Position numbers and translations under genes: made by a program. Positions 58,056 to 71,744 of a stretch of 124,000 nucleotides of DNA are shown one piece after another. The stretch is from the NCBI GenBank assembly GCA_951406725.2, contig OX597814.1:169280001-169404000 (forward strand). Direction: 5' to 3'. Numbering within the stretch: the stretch's first letter is position 1; each line of letters opens with the position of its first letter. The notes below the pieces were generated by a model, which saw nothing but the letters and a program-made list of their open reading frames with translations, was not told where the DNA came from and did not search any database. The DNA comes from Octopus vulgaris. Taxonomy: Eukaryota.

Positions 58056-58951
58056 ACCTTGGGCAAGTTTCTTCTCTCTTTAGACTCAGCAAAATGTGGC
58101 ATAGTTGTTATTGATTAACTTCTGCTCAGCTGGTACCTGAGGAGACCTACGGTCCAATCCATTCCAGCTATGACTGTCCAGTCATGTTTATCTAGAATTA
58201 CATTTTCCAGTATAGGTGCAGGTGTAGCTGTGTGGTTAAGAAGCTCACTTTGCAACCAGGTGGTTTCAAGTTCAGTCCCACTGCACAGCACCTCAGGCAA
58301 GTTTCTTCCTTTTATGGCCCTCAGCTAACCCAATGCTTTCTGAGTGAATTTGATTCACAAAAACTGTGGAAGCTCATTCGTATACACAGACACACACACA
58401 CACACACACATATATACAATCTTTTATTCTTTTATTTGTTTCAGTCATTTGACTGCAGCCATGCTGGAGCACAACCTTTAGTCGAACAAATTAACCCTGG
58501 ACTTATTCCTCGTAAGCCTAGTACTTATTCTATCGATCACTTTTGCTGAACCGCTAAGTTACCGGGGATGTAAAGACACCAACATTGCTTGTCAAGCGAT
58601 GGTGGGGGACAAAATTTGACTGAGGACTGGCAGGACAGTAAGCTGCACTAGGCTCCAATCTGATCTGGCAATGTTTCTACAGCTGGATGCCCTTCCTAAT
58701 GCCAAGACAACCACTCCGAAAGAGTGGTGGGTACCTTTTACATGCCACTAGCATGGGAGCCAGTGAGACAGCACTGGCATCAACCATGTTCGGATGGCGC
58801 TTTTTATGTACCACTGACACAAGAGCCAGTCAAGGAGGCACTAGCATCGACCACTTTTGGATGGTGCTTATTACGTGCCACCAGCACAGGTGCCAGTCAG
58901 GTGGCACTGGTATTGGCCACAACTTTATATGTATATGTATGCGTGTGTGTG

Positions 58952-59003
<52 letters not shown>

Positions 59004-59632
59004 ATTAATTAATAAGGGTGAGAGAATTAGATACTAATTTAATAGTATATCTATTCAACACCAAGTGGCCTAGTGCTCCGAGAAACCTGGATTATTATAA
59101 TATATTATAATATTTTTACAAAATAAATATAAGAGAGTGGTCACTATATGGCTCACTCTAGCACCAGTTAATCCAAAAGGTTTCAACCACAAAAATACAT
59201 GTTTATATATATATATGTGAGTGTGTGTGTGCTTGTGTTTGTCTCCCACCACTGCTTGACAGTTGGGGGTTGTTTATTTCCCCTCTGTAACTTGGTGGCT
59301 CAGCAAAAGTGATAACTAGAGTAAGTACAAGGCTCAAAAGAAAAATAAGTACTGGGGTTGATTTGTTCAACTAAATCCCCTCAAGGTGGTGTCCCACCAT
59401 GACCACAGTTGAAAAAATGAAATGAAACTAAAAAAAGACAAAAAGATGAAAAAAAAAATGTCTTTTCTTTTTCAAGATGGTAGGATGCTCTATGAGAGGG
59501 ATTTGGCTTGCTATATCTGGCAATTCAGATGACTGCTAAGAGGTTTCCCTGTTGACTCAGAAGCAATGAATAGGTATAATCTGTAGACAGGTTACCAAAC
59601 AGATTTGCATTGTCCTCTCTTCCTACATTTAG

Positions 59633-59688
59633 AGTTCACATCCTACGAAGAATGGCTTGTATTTTATTTATTGATCAGGATTGATAAA
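59633..59688 (+). other. Candidate internal exon (EFTSYEEWLVFYLLIRIDK)
   Basis: Pyrimidine tract plus AG, donor AAA|GTAAGT, one open frame; no recognised homology. Confidence 0.2.
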
Positions 59689-60111
59689 GTAAGTAACTGT
59701 ACTATAATGGAATTAATATACTTGACTATATATCCCCTATTCTATCCTATTGATTTATTGATTAATGACATTTGTTTATTCACCAGGGCAGCATCTTAAA
59801 CCTCAGAAGCAATTGTATTGGACTCCATATGTGTATGTATAGAATGGTTGTATGTATGTAGAAGATTTGTATGAGTGTATATATGTGTGTATGTATACCA
59901 TATGCAGATACCACAAAAGTGAATAGACACAGTCATTTTTGAAAGGTTTATTTCTAGAAACAAAATGATATCATTTGATGGATTTAAATAGTTGATCGAG
60001 TATTTAGTAGATGTGCCTTGTGCATGTTATATTGACAAGTTTGAGGCACCAAACAGTGTCCATGTAGATAAAATGGTATACTTAGGGAAGTCTATTTAGT
60101 TTTGAAATGTG

Positions 60112-60181
60112 TGTGTAAAACATTTATATTCATACTTACACACAAACAGTGAGAGCATAATAAACACGAAATCAGTGTCCA

Positions 60182-60216
<35 letters not shown>

Positions 60217-60228
60217 TGCGGAAGAGAG

Positions 60229-60276
<48 letters not shown>

Positions 60277-60366
60277 TGTGTGTGTCTGTGTGTGTGTGTG
60301 TGTAAAACATTCATATTTGTACTTACACACAAACAGTGAGAGCATAATAAACAAGAAATCAGTGTC

Positions 60367-60397
<31 letters not shown>

Positions 60398-60635
60398 AGT
60401 GCGAAAGAGAGAGAGAGTGTGTGTGTGTGTGTGTGTGTGTGAGTGTGAAAGAGAGAGAGTGTGTGGGTGTGTGTGCGAGAGAGAGTGTGCGAGAGAGAGA
60501 GAGTGTGCGAGAGAGAGAGAGTGTGTGTGTCTGTGTCTGTGTGAGTGTGTGTGTGTGTGTGTGTGTGTAAAACATTCATATTCGTACTTACACACAAACA
60601 GTGAGATCATAAAAAACAAGAAATCAGTGGCCTCT
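60112..60635. repeat. Three copies of a ~70-bp unique core separated by (GT)n/(GA)n
   Basis: GTGTAAAACATT..CTTACACACAAACAGTGAGA..AAATCAGTG at about 60112, 60300 and 60565. Confidence 0.9.
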
Positions 60636-61255
60636 GTGTGTGTGTGTGTGTATGTGAATGAGTATATTGATCACTGTATCAATCAACCTACCTGCATCAT
60701 CTTCTTACACTCATACGCTCACATATGTTCATTTATTCCTCTCTGTCTCTGTGCACTAGGTATTTGATGCCAGAAGCTACTTCTGTCACTAATCCTTGCC
60801 TGTTATCAAGAAAGAGGCTTTTTATTCTAAAGAAAAGAGTTTTGAAAGTGCACAACAGCCAGAAAGTGCAGAATAGGTAATGGGTGGGTGTATATTCATA
60901 TTTCAGGATTTCATTAAATGATAATGAGGATAAAAGTACTGCTGCTGGAACCACATAAAAGTTGCCCATTACACTCTGTGGAGTGATTGGTGTTAGGAAG
61001 GGCATCCAGCTGTGGAAACCATATCAGAACAGACAACGGAATTTGATGCAGCCTATGGCCTTACCAGCTGTGGTCAAACTGTCCAACTCATGCCAGTATG
61101 GAAAACGGATGTTAGATGATGATGATAATCATTATTATTTAATGTCCATCTTCCATGCTGGCATGGGTTGGACAGTTTGACCACAGCTGGTAAGGCCATG
61201 GGCTGCACTAAGATCCATTGCATGTATGTTTGTCAGTGAGTGCATGTGAGTATGT

Positions 61256-61287
<32 letters not shown>

Positions 61288-61708
61288 GAAGGTATACATA
61301 TGGATGTGGAGACACACCCATATATTGGTTTGTTTTTGCGCTCATTTTCCGTGGTAGCATCAATACTGAGTTATTATTTTATAATCAAATGCCCTTCCTG
61401 TTGTGCTCTCTGACATGCTTTTCAAGCAAGGGATCTCTTCAAAAGCACAAAGCTACTGAATAATTTATTGACAGACGAACAACAATAAACTTCAATGCTT
61501 ACAGCTTACATATTATTTTGCATGGGAAGTACACACAATGTAAATATTCACATAGACACATACACACATATTCATATACATACTTACTAGTCAACAGAAT
61601 TTTAAAAAAAAGTTTGTTATTTCTATATTGAATCAACTTCGGAATTAATCTCAAAAATTTTTTTCCTCTTCAGTAGAAAATACAATAAGAAATAAATGAA
61701 ATACTTAC

Positions 61709-61771
61709 ATGCACCCATGGAAAAAAAGCCGAAGCAAAAGTCATGAGTACACATAAGTACCCCAGTTAAAT
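61709..61771 (-). CDS. Candidate 63-nt phase-1 internal exon (xLTGVLMCTHDFCFGFFSMGA) of an unidentified gene
   Basis: Acceptor GGTTTTATATTTAG, donor CAT|GTAAGT, length a multiple of 3, exactly one open frame, unique sequence. Confidence 0.35.
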
Positions 61772-62061
61772 CTAAATATAAAACCCTTTGGCTAGCCTTA
61801 GCACACGTGTGAACTGTTCTCCACTACAGCTTATAGTGGTTACCAGTCCCTATAGGGAAAAGTAATAAATCTACTACTAATATAGGATGAAGCTTTTTTA
61901 CAGAAAAAAATTTCATCAAAAAGTGGCAGCATATCAAAATACCTTTAAAAGTTAAAATTATAAACAACTTATAAACAAGGGCAAAAGAAAATTATTTCCA
62001 TGCCAATATATACTAATTTTACAGTATAAATTGATTTGCCTAATAATGGTTTTATCTCTAA

Positions 62062-62112
<51 letters not shown>

Positions 62113-62115
<3 letters not shown>

Positions 62116-62352
62116 ACAACTTATAAACAAGGGCAAAAGAAAATTATTTCCATGTCAATATGCTGATAACAGACTCTTAAATTGTCAATTTCCACATATC
62201 ATTATATACTCACTGTTGACTAGCTTCCTGATTTCAATACAACATATTTCTATAGTGAGTATATAATGATATGTGGAAATTGACAATTTAAAAGTCTGTT
62301 ATCAGCATATTGGCATGGAAATAATTTTCTTTTGCCCTTGTTTATAAGTTGT

Positions 62353-62355
<3 letters not shown>
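62113..62355. repeat. Hairpin with ~102-bp arms and 39-nt loop, flanked by (TA)n on both sides
   Basis: 62113-62214 is the reverse complement of 62254-62355 with few mismatches; a direct partial copy lies at about 61961-62010. Confidence 0.9.
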
Positions 62356-62411
<56 letters not shown>

Positions 62412-62667
62412 GTTCAAATTTACAGAAAAACAAAAGATGAAGACAGGTGTTGGAACAACAAGCAGGTGTATTGGTTTAACACTTTGGAAAAATGGAGAAG
62501 TCTTTTACATTTCCTGCTTATGCTCTTCAACAGAAAAGAATAAGAAGAAAAAATGGAGAGAGAACAACTGTGAAATTCAGCAGTCCAACATGGTGAGTTG
62601 ATTCTTTTATTCTTATATTCTTTTATATGTTTCAGCGTTGTGGCTGTGGCCATGCTGGGATAATAAA

Positions 62668-62698
<31 letters not shown>

Positions 62699-62803
62699 TG
62701 TATGTATGTATGTATGTATGTATATATATGTATATGTAGGTCCCGGGTTGAGTCGGGGTTAACCACAGTAAATAAGGTACTCAATACATAGCAGAGTAAA
62801 TTA

Positions 62804-62914
62804 ATTTATTTTATAGAAGGAGCTTCTACAGGACTAGAACTGTTTCATTCAAAAGAAATCATCTTTTGAATGAAACAGTTCTAGTCCTGTAGAAGTTCCT
62901 TCTATAAAATAAAT
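62804..62914. repeat. Hairpin with 53-bp arms and 5-nt loop
   Basis: ATTTATTTTATAGAAGG..TTCATTCAAAAGA and reverse complement, one mismatch. Confidence 0.9.
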
Positions 62915-62929
62915 ATATATATATATATA

Positions 62930-63311
62930 GGTGCAGGAGTGGCTGTGTGGTAAGTAGCTTGTTTACCAACTACATGGTTCCGGGTTCAGTCCCATGTGCG
63001 GCACTTTGGGCAAGTGTCTTCTACTATAGCCTGTGAGTGGATTTGGTAGACGGAAACTGAAAGAAGCCCATCGTATATATGTATATATATATATGCGTGT
63101 GTGTGTTTATGTGTCTGTGTTTGACCCCTAGCATTGCTTGACAACCGATGCTGGTGTGTTTATGTCCCCGTTACTTAGCGGTTCGGCAAAAGAGACTGAT
63201 AGAATAAGTACTGGGCTTACAAAAGAATAAGTCCTGGGGTCGAGTTGCTCGATTAAAGGCGGTGCTCCAGCATGGCCGCAGTCAAATGACTGAAACAAGT
63301 AAAAGAGTAAA

Positions 63312-63314
<3 letters not shown>
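62930..63314 (+). mobile_element. Full-length SINE family A copy
   Basis: Complete head-to-tail; matches 92803-93201(-), 33490-33897(-), 18800-19215(-), 111585-112015(-). Confidence 0.9.
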
Positions 63315-63348
<34 letters not shown>

Positions 63349-65060
63349 CTTTTAAGTGTTTAGAAATCTGATGATCATATGTCTCAAAAGTTTTTCTGAC
63401 ACATCAAATATTCATTATAATTTAAGAATTTTATCATTTCAGTGTCAGTGCATTAAGAACTACTCGATCGACTAATGTTTGCTTCATGTTTCTTTCATAT
63501 TTCTTTTGCATGGATACATCATCAGTATAGTTATTTTTTATTTTTCTATTACCCCTTTCATTTTGCTTATGCCTTTTCTGAAGATATACTTAAATATGTA
63601 TTTTTCAATTTTATTTTTGTTTATTTCGTTTTGGCTATTCAATATATAATTTACAAAAATTGCTGGGTTTTTTTTTTTTTTTTTTTTTTGTTAAATAACA
63701 CTGAAATAACAGAGAAAATGAGAAAGAAGAAATTTGAAAACAAAGTTTTTGTAAAGCTAATTTAGTACAGCTTAAATTTTCTAGTGTGTGATAATAGCAG
63801 AAAATTAGTTTTGATAGGTTTTTCAAAACTCAATATAGTATATCCAAAATGATTTGTGAAAAATCTGATTAACATTTGATTTAAAATATTTTTTTTTTCT
63901 CCTCTCATTTCTAGTGGTATTATGTTCACAATTTCTGAAATGTATTTCCTATTTCATATTATCATCAAAATCATCATCATCATTATTATTATTATTTTGC
64001 TTCAATATATTTTCTCTCCCTTCAAATAAATGACTGCCATAGAGATAATATGAGAAAGAATATATTTAATTTCAAATAATATATTTTAAGGTCCTCTCTC
64101 TCTCTCTCTCTCTCTCCTTCAACTGCTTCTTTTTGTCATCTGTCTAGTGCAATTCCTACCCTCCATTTTTTATCCATCCATTATCTTTTGTCCTTGACTT
64201 GTTTCAGTCATTTGACTGTGGCCATGCTAGGGCACTGCTTTGAGGGATTTTAGTCAAACCAAGCAACCCTATTATTATTATTATTATTATTATCATCATC
64301 ATCATCATCATCATTATTATTATTGTTTAAAAACCTGGTACTTATTCTATTAAACTCTTTTGCTGAGCTGCTAAGTTACAGGGATGTAACCACACAAAAA
64401 CAGGTTGTCAAATGATGGTGGGGGACAAATACAGACACAAAGACACACACACATAGATATAAATTCATATACATATACGATGAGCTTCTTTCAGTTTCCA
64501 CCTACCACATCCACTCACAAGGCTTTGGTTGGCCCCAGGCTATAGTAGAAAACATTTGCCCGATGTGCCACACAGTGGAACTAAACTTGGAACCTTGTAG
64601 TTGGGATACAAACTTCTTACCACACAACCATGCCAGTGCTTATATATTTATATAATCAAAAAGCATGTTCTTTGTCCATCTCCTTACCTTCTTGGAGGTT
64701 TTAGGTAAAATTATACCAAGGTGTCCAACTGTTTTAATTTAATTTAATTCTATGTATTTATGCAGCTGAGGATTGCTCTGCATTTAAATTGTTGTAATGA
64801 TTGTATTGTTCAATTAAATGGAGTCACTTGAAACGATCATACTGCATTACCTCTGGATATTCTGTTGCTTATTTTGATTTTAATCACCGTATTTTGAAAC
64901 TGTATGGATAATACCGTACTAAATTCTGGTGCCTCAACTTAAGTACCTAATTCATCTGAATCTAAATTTTTGCTTATATATATCGTCTATCTGGATGTTT
65001 TGTTGTCACATTTTTGTATCACCTAACTGTCTGGATGTTTTGCGTTCTTGTCCCATTTTG

Positions 65061-65108
<48 letters not shown>

Positions 65109-66497
65109 TAGATAGATAGATAGATAGATGGATATATAGTGGTGTACATACACTTTGGTCTCTTATATGTAAGTATACATTTTTCTAAATCTTGTACAGC
65201 TCTATTTCTGTCTATCAGCCCTTTCACGCTCCACTCTTCGTTCTTTCATTCCCCCTCTCTCACATTTCTTTGCCTTCTCTTCTTGCTCACTTTCCCTCCA
65301 CCTTTCACTTCACTGTGTCCCTGTCATTTTTTCTCGCTCCTCCTTAATTCTTCTGTCCCTCTGCCTCTACCTCTCTCTCTTCTCTTCCCACATGACCGGT
65401 GTTCAGCCAAGACTGATCTTTCTTTCTTGGTCTGGCCATTGTCCGTGCAACATTGATATTCCTCTCTGTGCCTGTAAAATCTTGTATCCCTGCGATAACA
65501 CTTTATTTCCACATATGTCAGCTTAATTTAATTCTTCCTTACTCGAAAGACACCTGTTGTTATGTCCTGCTATTATTTTTATTGTATCTGTGTAAACATT
65601 ATCTGTTTTTTTCCATCCTTGTTTTTGTATACATTCGCTGCTTTCTTCCAAGGAATCTAATGCAAACTGTCAAATTTAGCCCAAACACCATGTATATTCA
65701 TCAAAACCAGGCTAGCATGGAAAATTGGGTTTAAAAACAAATCACAATATCTTCTCTCTGCGCACCAACCACACACTTGCATACACTCAGCAGCATGGCT
65801 ACAGTCTTTGGGTTGAAATGCATAAAAAAATAATTGAATGTATATATTATTTTATTCTTCTACTTGTTTCAGTCATTTTGACACTGGCCATGCTGGAGCA
65901 CCACCTTAAAGGTTTTTTTAATTCTTTTTTTAGTCAAAGCAATTGACCCTAGGACTTATTCTTTGTAAGCCTAGTACTTATTCTACCAGTCTCTTTTGCT
66001 GAACTGCTAAGTTATGGGAATGTAAACACACCAACACTGGTTGTCAAGCAATGGTGGTAGGGACAAATGGTGGTAGGGACAAACATAGACACAAAGACAC
66101 ATACACATAAATATATGTGTGTGTGTATAAAATGAGTTTCTTTCAGTTTCTGTCTACCTGATCTACTCACAGAAATTACTTGTCCAAGGTGCCATGCAGT
66201 GGGACTGAACCTGAAACCATGTATTGAGAAATAAGCTTCTTACCATGTAGCCGTGCCTGTGCCTTTTCATAAATACACATATAGTTTATTGTTTTGTTAA
66301 GGTGAGATCAACAAAAAGATAGTCCATCTAGTATGAGATGAATATCATTTAATGTATACAGTATAAAGATATTATTTGTTTGCTATGGAATCACATGTCT
66401 AGACAGGTTTTAATACCACACCTTATGTCTCCAAGAAATCTTCAGGTCTGAGCACATGCTCTGCTCTATTTGAAAATCAGGATGTGGATACATGAGA

Positions 66498-67132
66498 AAC
66501 TAGAAAAGCACTCGGAGAGCGCAAACCTCCGCCAAGCAGCTCATTTCTACCCATATACACGTATGCTGAAAATCCCCCACTTTCCCAAACCAACGCCGGC
66601 AAAAACATAACTTCATTGGTGGGGTTTAAAAAAAATAACACAGCCATATAATCTTTAAAAAAAACCCTTTAAAAACAGGAATCATCTGAAGCAGTTATAA
66701 TACATCAATGACAACAGCAAGCTAGTTTCACCATACAACTAAAAAGAAACAACAATTACCTAAAACTTGAGTGATACACACACAACACAAGTAAAATTAC
66801 TAATAGAGAAAAGAAAATAAACTTTGGAAACAGCAACACCACCATAGGTTACATTGAAATGATGAACGTGTTTCCAAGGGAGATAATCAGAGAACGTAAC
66901 GTTGTAATACTTCATGTAAAGTAAATATAACAAATGAAAAATCCTTCAAGAATCCATAAAGATTTCCGGATCACTACCAAAATTTCATCATCTGTTCCTT
67001 GTGTCATTACCAATTTTTTCTGCAAGTTTCATCAAATACAGTTCACAACTTTTTGAGTTATTTTGCACAGAGACGGACAGACGGACAACCAACGCTGATG
67101 AAAACATAATCTCCTTCCTTGGTGGAGGTAAT
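66498..67132 (+). mobile_element. Helentron-associated (HINE/DINE-1-like) non-autonomous element
   Basis: Subterminal inverted repeats CCTCCGCCAAG / CTTGGTGGAGG, GACA-type repeat near the 3' end; empty site visible in the related repeat at about 108300. Confidence 0.65.
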
Positions 67133-67421
67133 CACGAGAAAAAACTTTTATTAAAATGTTATTAAAACCTGCCTAGACACGTGATTCCACAGCAAGAAAC
67201 TGTTAGCAACTTGTAACTTTATCATGTGTACATTAAATGCAGAATAGGTAGATGTACCTACCAACACTACCATCAATTGCTGCATTCTTGTTCTTATTGC
67301 TATTATTACTAATATCACCCAATGTCTGGTCAGACAAAGGAGCGTGGTCTTATACAAAACTATGAGAGAATGTATAGGAGGAATGTATAAGAAATAGAAA
67401 GAGAGAAAAGATGGAAAAGAT

Positions 67422-67463
<42 letters not shown>

Positions 67464-68110
67464 AGTGCAAGAGTGAGCAGGAAAAGAAATAGATGGAGAG
67501 TAAGGTGGGAAAAGAGGAGACAGTAAAAGAAACAGAGAGGGAGAGAAAAAACAGATAAAAATTGTGGAAGAGAGGATGAAAAAATATGAATGAAAAAAAG
67601 CTAAGAAAGAGAGAAATAAAGAAGAGAAGAAACTGAGGGAAGAAACTGAAGAAAAATCAGGAGAGAAGAAGAGAGAGAAAGAAAGAGAGAGAGCACAATA
67701 GTGAGAAGGAAAAGAAATAGATGATAAAAAGAGAGATAAAAAAGCAGGTAAAAATTGTGCAAGAGAGGATGAAAAAAAAAATGAATGAAGAAAGCTAAGA
67801 AAGAGAGAAATAAAGAAGAGAAGAAACTGAGGAAAGATCAGGAGAGAAGGAGAGAGGGAGAGAGAGAGAGAGAGAGAGAGAAAGAATTATATGAAGGAGA
67901 GTTAAAAGAAGACCTTTGTGTTAGTGATAATTTTGATCAATAAGTCTTCCTTTCAGGAATGAGATGTGTGCTGAAAGAGGAAAAATCCACGACAGCTGGA
68001 ACTGCTGAGGAATACGAGGAATCAAGAGTGTTGAATGGTAGTGGATTATAAAGAAGGAAGGATAGACTCTATGAGTGTGTGTGTGTGTGTGTGTGCGTGT
68101 GTGTGTATGT

Positions 68111-68149
<39 letters not shown>

Positions 68150-68274
68150 TGCTTGTAACAGTTGCTTTTTAAGAATTTTTTTTTAGCAACACTAGAGAAA
68201 ATGGAAATGAATATGAAGCATGTCATTGTTGTAAAGGGAGACTCTGAAAATATATAGATAGACGTATACATATG

Positions 68275-68318
<44 letters not shown>

Positions 68319-68684
68319 GTTTAACGTCCGTTTTCCATGCTAGCATGGGTTGGACGATTTTGACTGAGGGCTGGCAAAACAGATGGCTGCACCAGGCTCC
68401 AATCTTGATCTGGCAGAGTTTCTACAGCTGGATGCCCTTCCTAATGCCAACCACTCTGAGAGTGTAGTGGGTGCTTTTTACACACCACCGGCACAGGGGC
68501 CAATCAGGCAGTACTGGCAACAACCTCGCTCAAATCTTTTTACATATGCCACCGGCACAGGTGCCAGTAAGGCAACGTTGGTAACATATATTGGTATGTG
68601 TGTGTGTATACATATATATATATATATATACACACACACAATACACATACATATATTGTGAAGGCACATGGCTTAGTGGTTAAG

Positions 68685-68723
<39 letters not shown>

Positions 68724-69039
68724 ATACATATACATATATTGTGAAGGCACATAGCTTAGTGGTAAAGGTGTTGCACTCGTGATTGCAAGATTGTGGTTTC
68801 GATTCCCAGACCGAGCGTTGCGTTGTGTTCTTGAACAAATTACTTCATTTCACGTTGCTCTGCGATCATTTTGATATCTGATATGTGGCACCCATTGCAC
68901 CTGTACAGGTAATGTCGATCTGATGGAGAGAGTGAGCTTATGTCTACACAAACATTTCATCATTATGAACAAATCATCTGCGTGGTTGTTCAGTAAAAAA
69001 TTGTTGAACCCTCATACATCATCTAACAAAGAGAGAGTT

Positions 69040-69097
<58 letters not shown>

Positions 69098-69390
69098 TAT
69101 TATTTGAGGGAATAAAATCCAAACTTACAAGGAAAAAAATTCAATTTAGAAATACTAAATCAAATTTCACACAATATAATATATATAAAAAAAAATTAGA
69201 AAAAAAACACCTTTTATCAATTCAAAATGAACAATTAAATTATACCATCTAGAAAATTACATATAATAGAAATATTAAAATTAAAATAACAATAAAATGT
69301 CAATGATTAAGTAAATTGCAAAAAAATAATAAAAACGTATATGATTGGTAGAATATAGATATGGTTAGTGAGAGCTGTGCAAGCCATGTA

Positions 69391-69770
69391 CAGTGGCTTG
69401 CAAAAGTCTACATCCCCTTTGAAAATTTATATATTTTATATTATTTAACAGGGAACAACACATTTTTTCAATTCCAATGATCGTTAAATAATAAGCAGAT
69501 CCATCACACTTTCCTTTGATATAAAAATTTCATTCTAAAAATTTCACACTGATTCTTAAAATCATATAACTTAGAAAAATGTCTTTGCAAATGTCTACAC
69601 TTGCCAGATATTATACTGTGTTATCAGGTAGTTTGTCATTGATGTATACAATCCAAAACAATCAAAAGTGACATGTGCGTTCTACCATAACAAACAAACT
69701 TGGCCAGTCTATCATTTTGCTATATAAGGAGATTTAACTGCCTACAAAATCATTCACCACATGGTTTTTC
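69391..69770 (+). mobile_element. Tc1-like 5' end fragment
   Basis: TA-CAGTGGCTTGCAAAAGT terminus with an internal repeat GCAAATGTCTACA (IR/DR-like). Confidence 0.55.
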
Positions 69771-70216
69771 GGTATGTTAAACGATGTTGATGATGATGAT
69801 AATGATGATGATGACGTATGAGCATTCAGTTTTTGCCAAACATCCTGTATAAATGATTTGTTTATGGTGATCAAGTCTTCATGCCGCACATTAGCTCACT
69901 CTCTCCATCAAATAGACATTAAAATAAACCCATTACCAGTAAAGAAAGTATATGAAAGACTTCCGAGATGAGTTCAATAAATTCACTTGCCGTGGGGAGT
70001 GAAGAATCTAATATTCCTGGCTGTTGCCCACAGCCATGCAACAACCTCTCTTTCTCTGTCTCAGACCAAAGGTTATGCTTCGAATATTTAGGTTTTGAAT
70101 TCTCACAGGAACTCAAAATGTTATGTTAATTCAAGAACAGACTTTTAGGTGATAACTCAAGTTTCCTAATTGTTCTATATTTAAGAGATGAGGAATTATG
70201 TACATTATATGCCCAT

Positions 70217-70495
70217 GGGCATATGGCATAGTGGTTAAGAGTGTGTGCTACTAACACCAAGATTCCGAGTTCAATTCCAAGCAGTGACCTGAACAATAAC
70301 CATAATAATAATAATTATAATAACAATAATAGTAATAACAAGATCAAAAAATACTTTAGAAATAAGGACCCAGGTTTGAAATTTTCCCAAGACACCTGAA
70401 GAAGGCTGAAGGGTATATCAGCTGAAATGTTGTGTTAATAACAAACAAGATGAGGACAAATGTCTGTTGAATGTAAATAATGCAAATAATGTCAA
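70217..70495 (+). mobile_element. tRNA-like head + (AAT)n + hammerhead-bearing tail (SINE/retrozyme-like composite)
   Basis: A box TGGCATAGTGG 70224-70234, B box GAGTTCAATTCC 70267-70278; ACAC-CTGAAGA-A-GGCTGA-AGGGTATA-TCAGCT-GAAATGT-T-GTGT at 70392-70435. Confidence 0.65.
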
Positions 70496-70988
70496 GTTCT
70501 TGAATTTTACTTGAAAGGAAGTTTCTATTTCACTGAAATGAAATAATTTCTGCTGCTTTATTTCAGCATTTTCTGACCAGGATTACTCAAGAAAGCACTA
70601 GATATTCCTCTGGAAAAGTGCATTTTCGAGTAATTATTTTGTGTTTAATTCTATGCTTGCAGTTTTATTGTACTACCAAATCAGATTCCTTGGTAGTAAA
70701 GAGATTCTTGTGGGAAAGGTCAAGAAGTTAAAACATTGATAAACAAGGTTCCTCAAAAGTGAAATGGTTCCAAGAGGCTGTTGTATTCCTTCAGTATGTA
70801 TATATATTCTTTTATTCTTTTACTTGTTTCAGGCATTAGACTGTGGCCATGCTGGGGCACTGTCTTGAATTTTTCAGTCGAATTGACTTCTTTTTTTAAG
70901 CCTAGTACTTATCCTATCAGTCACCGTTGCTGAACCGCTAAGTTATGAGGACATAAACACACCAACACTAGTTGTCAAATGGTGGTGA

Positions 70989-71029
<41 letters not shown>

Positions 71030-71550
71030 CAATGAGCTTCTTTCAGTTTCCATCTACCAAATCCACTCACAAGGCTTTGATCAGCTTAGACTTTTTTGGG
71101 GACAACCAAATCGAACCATCTCAAGGTGCCTTGCAGTGGGACTGAACCTGGAACCATGTGTTTGGAAAGCAAGCTTCTTTCTACACAGTCATGCCTGCGC
71201 CTCTATATACTGTATATATATATCACACACATAGAGTCTCTCACACGCATGCATGCACATACAAGTGAGTATACAAACAAAAGGAAGTAACACTGTGTGC
71301 TCAGTAAGAGTTACTTATATTTTATAGTAATAGTTTGACTCAGCTCCATCTGACTTAATGTTTCATGGGCTTATAGGATGAATCTATCTCATCGGTTCAT
71401 GAAATATTTGTGGTGGCTTGGTGCTTTTATTCAGTTTCTGTCTTCTTGATAGGACATTGTCCGTTGTCAAAATACATAATTTTATACAGAAAGTATTTAT
71501 AATTTATGCCTACCATGAATAAATAAATAAATAAATTAAGTAATTAATAA

Positions 71551-71584
<34 letters not shown>

Positions 71585-71627
71585 TATAGAAAAACCATTA
71601 TTCCCTCTAAGTTTGGAGTTTTATTAT

Positions 71628-71744
<117 letters not shown>

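Noticed and set aside
60112-60635. CRISPR-like repeat-spacer layout
   Set aside because: The spacers are simple GT/GA microsatellites, and the 70-bp core is too long for a CRISPR repeat
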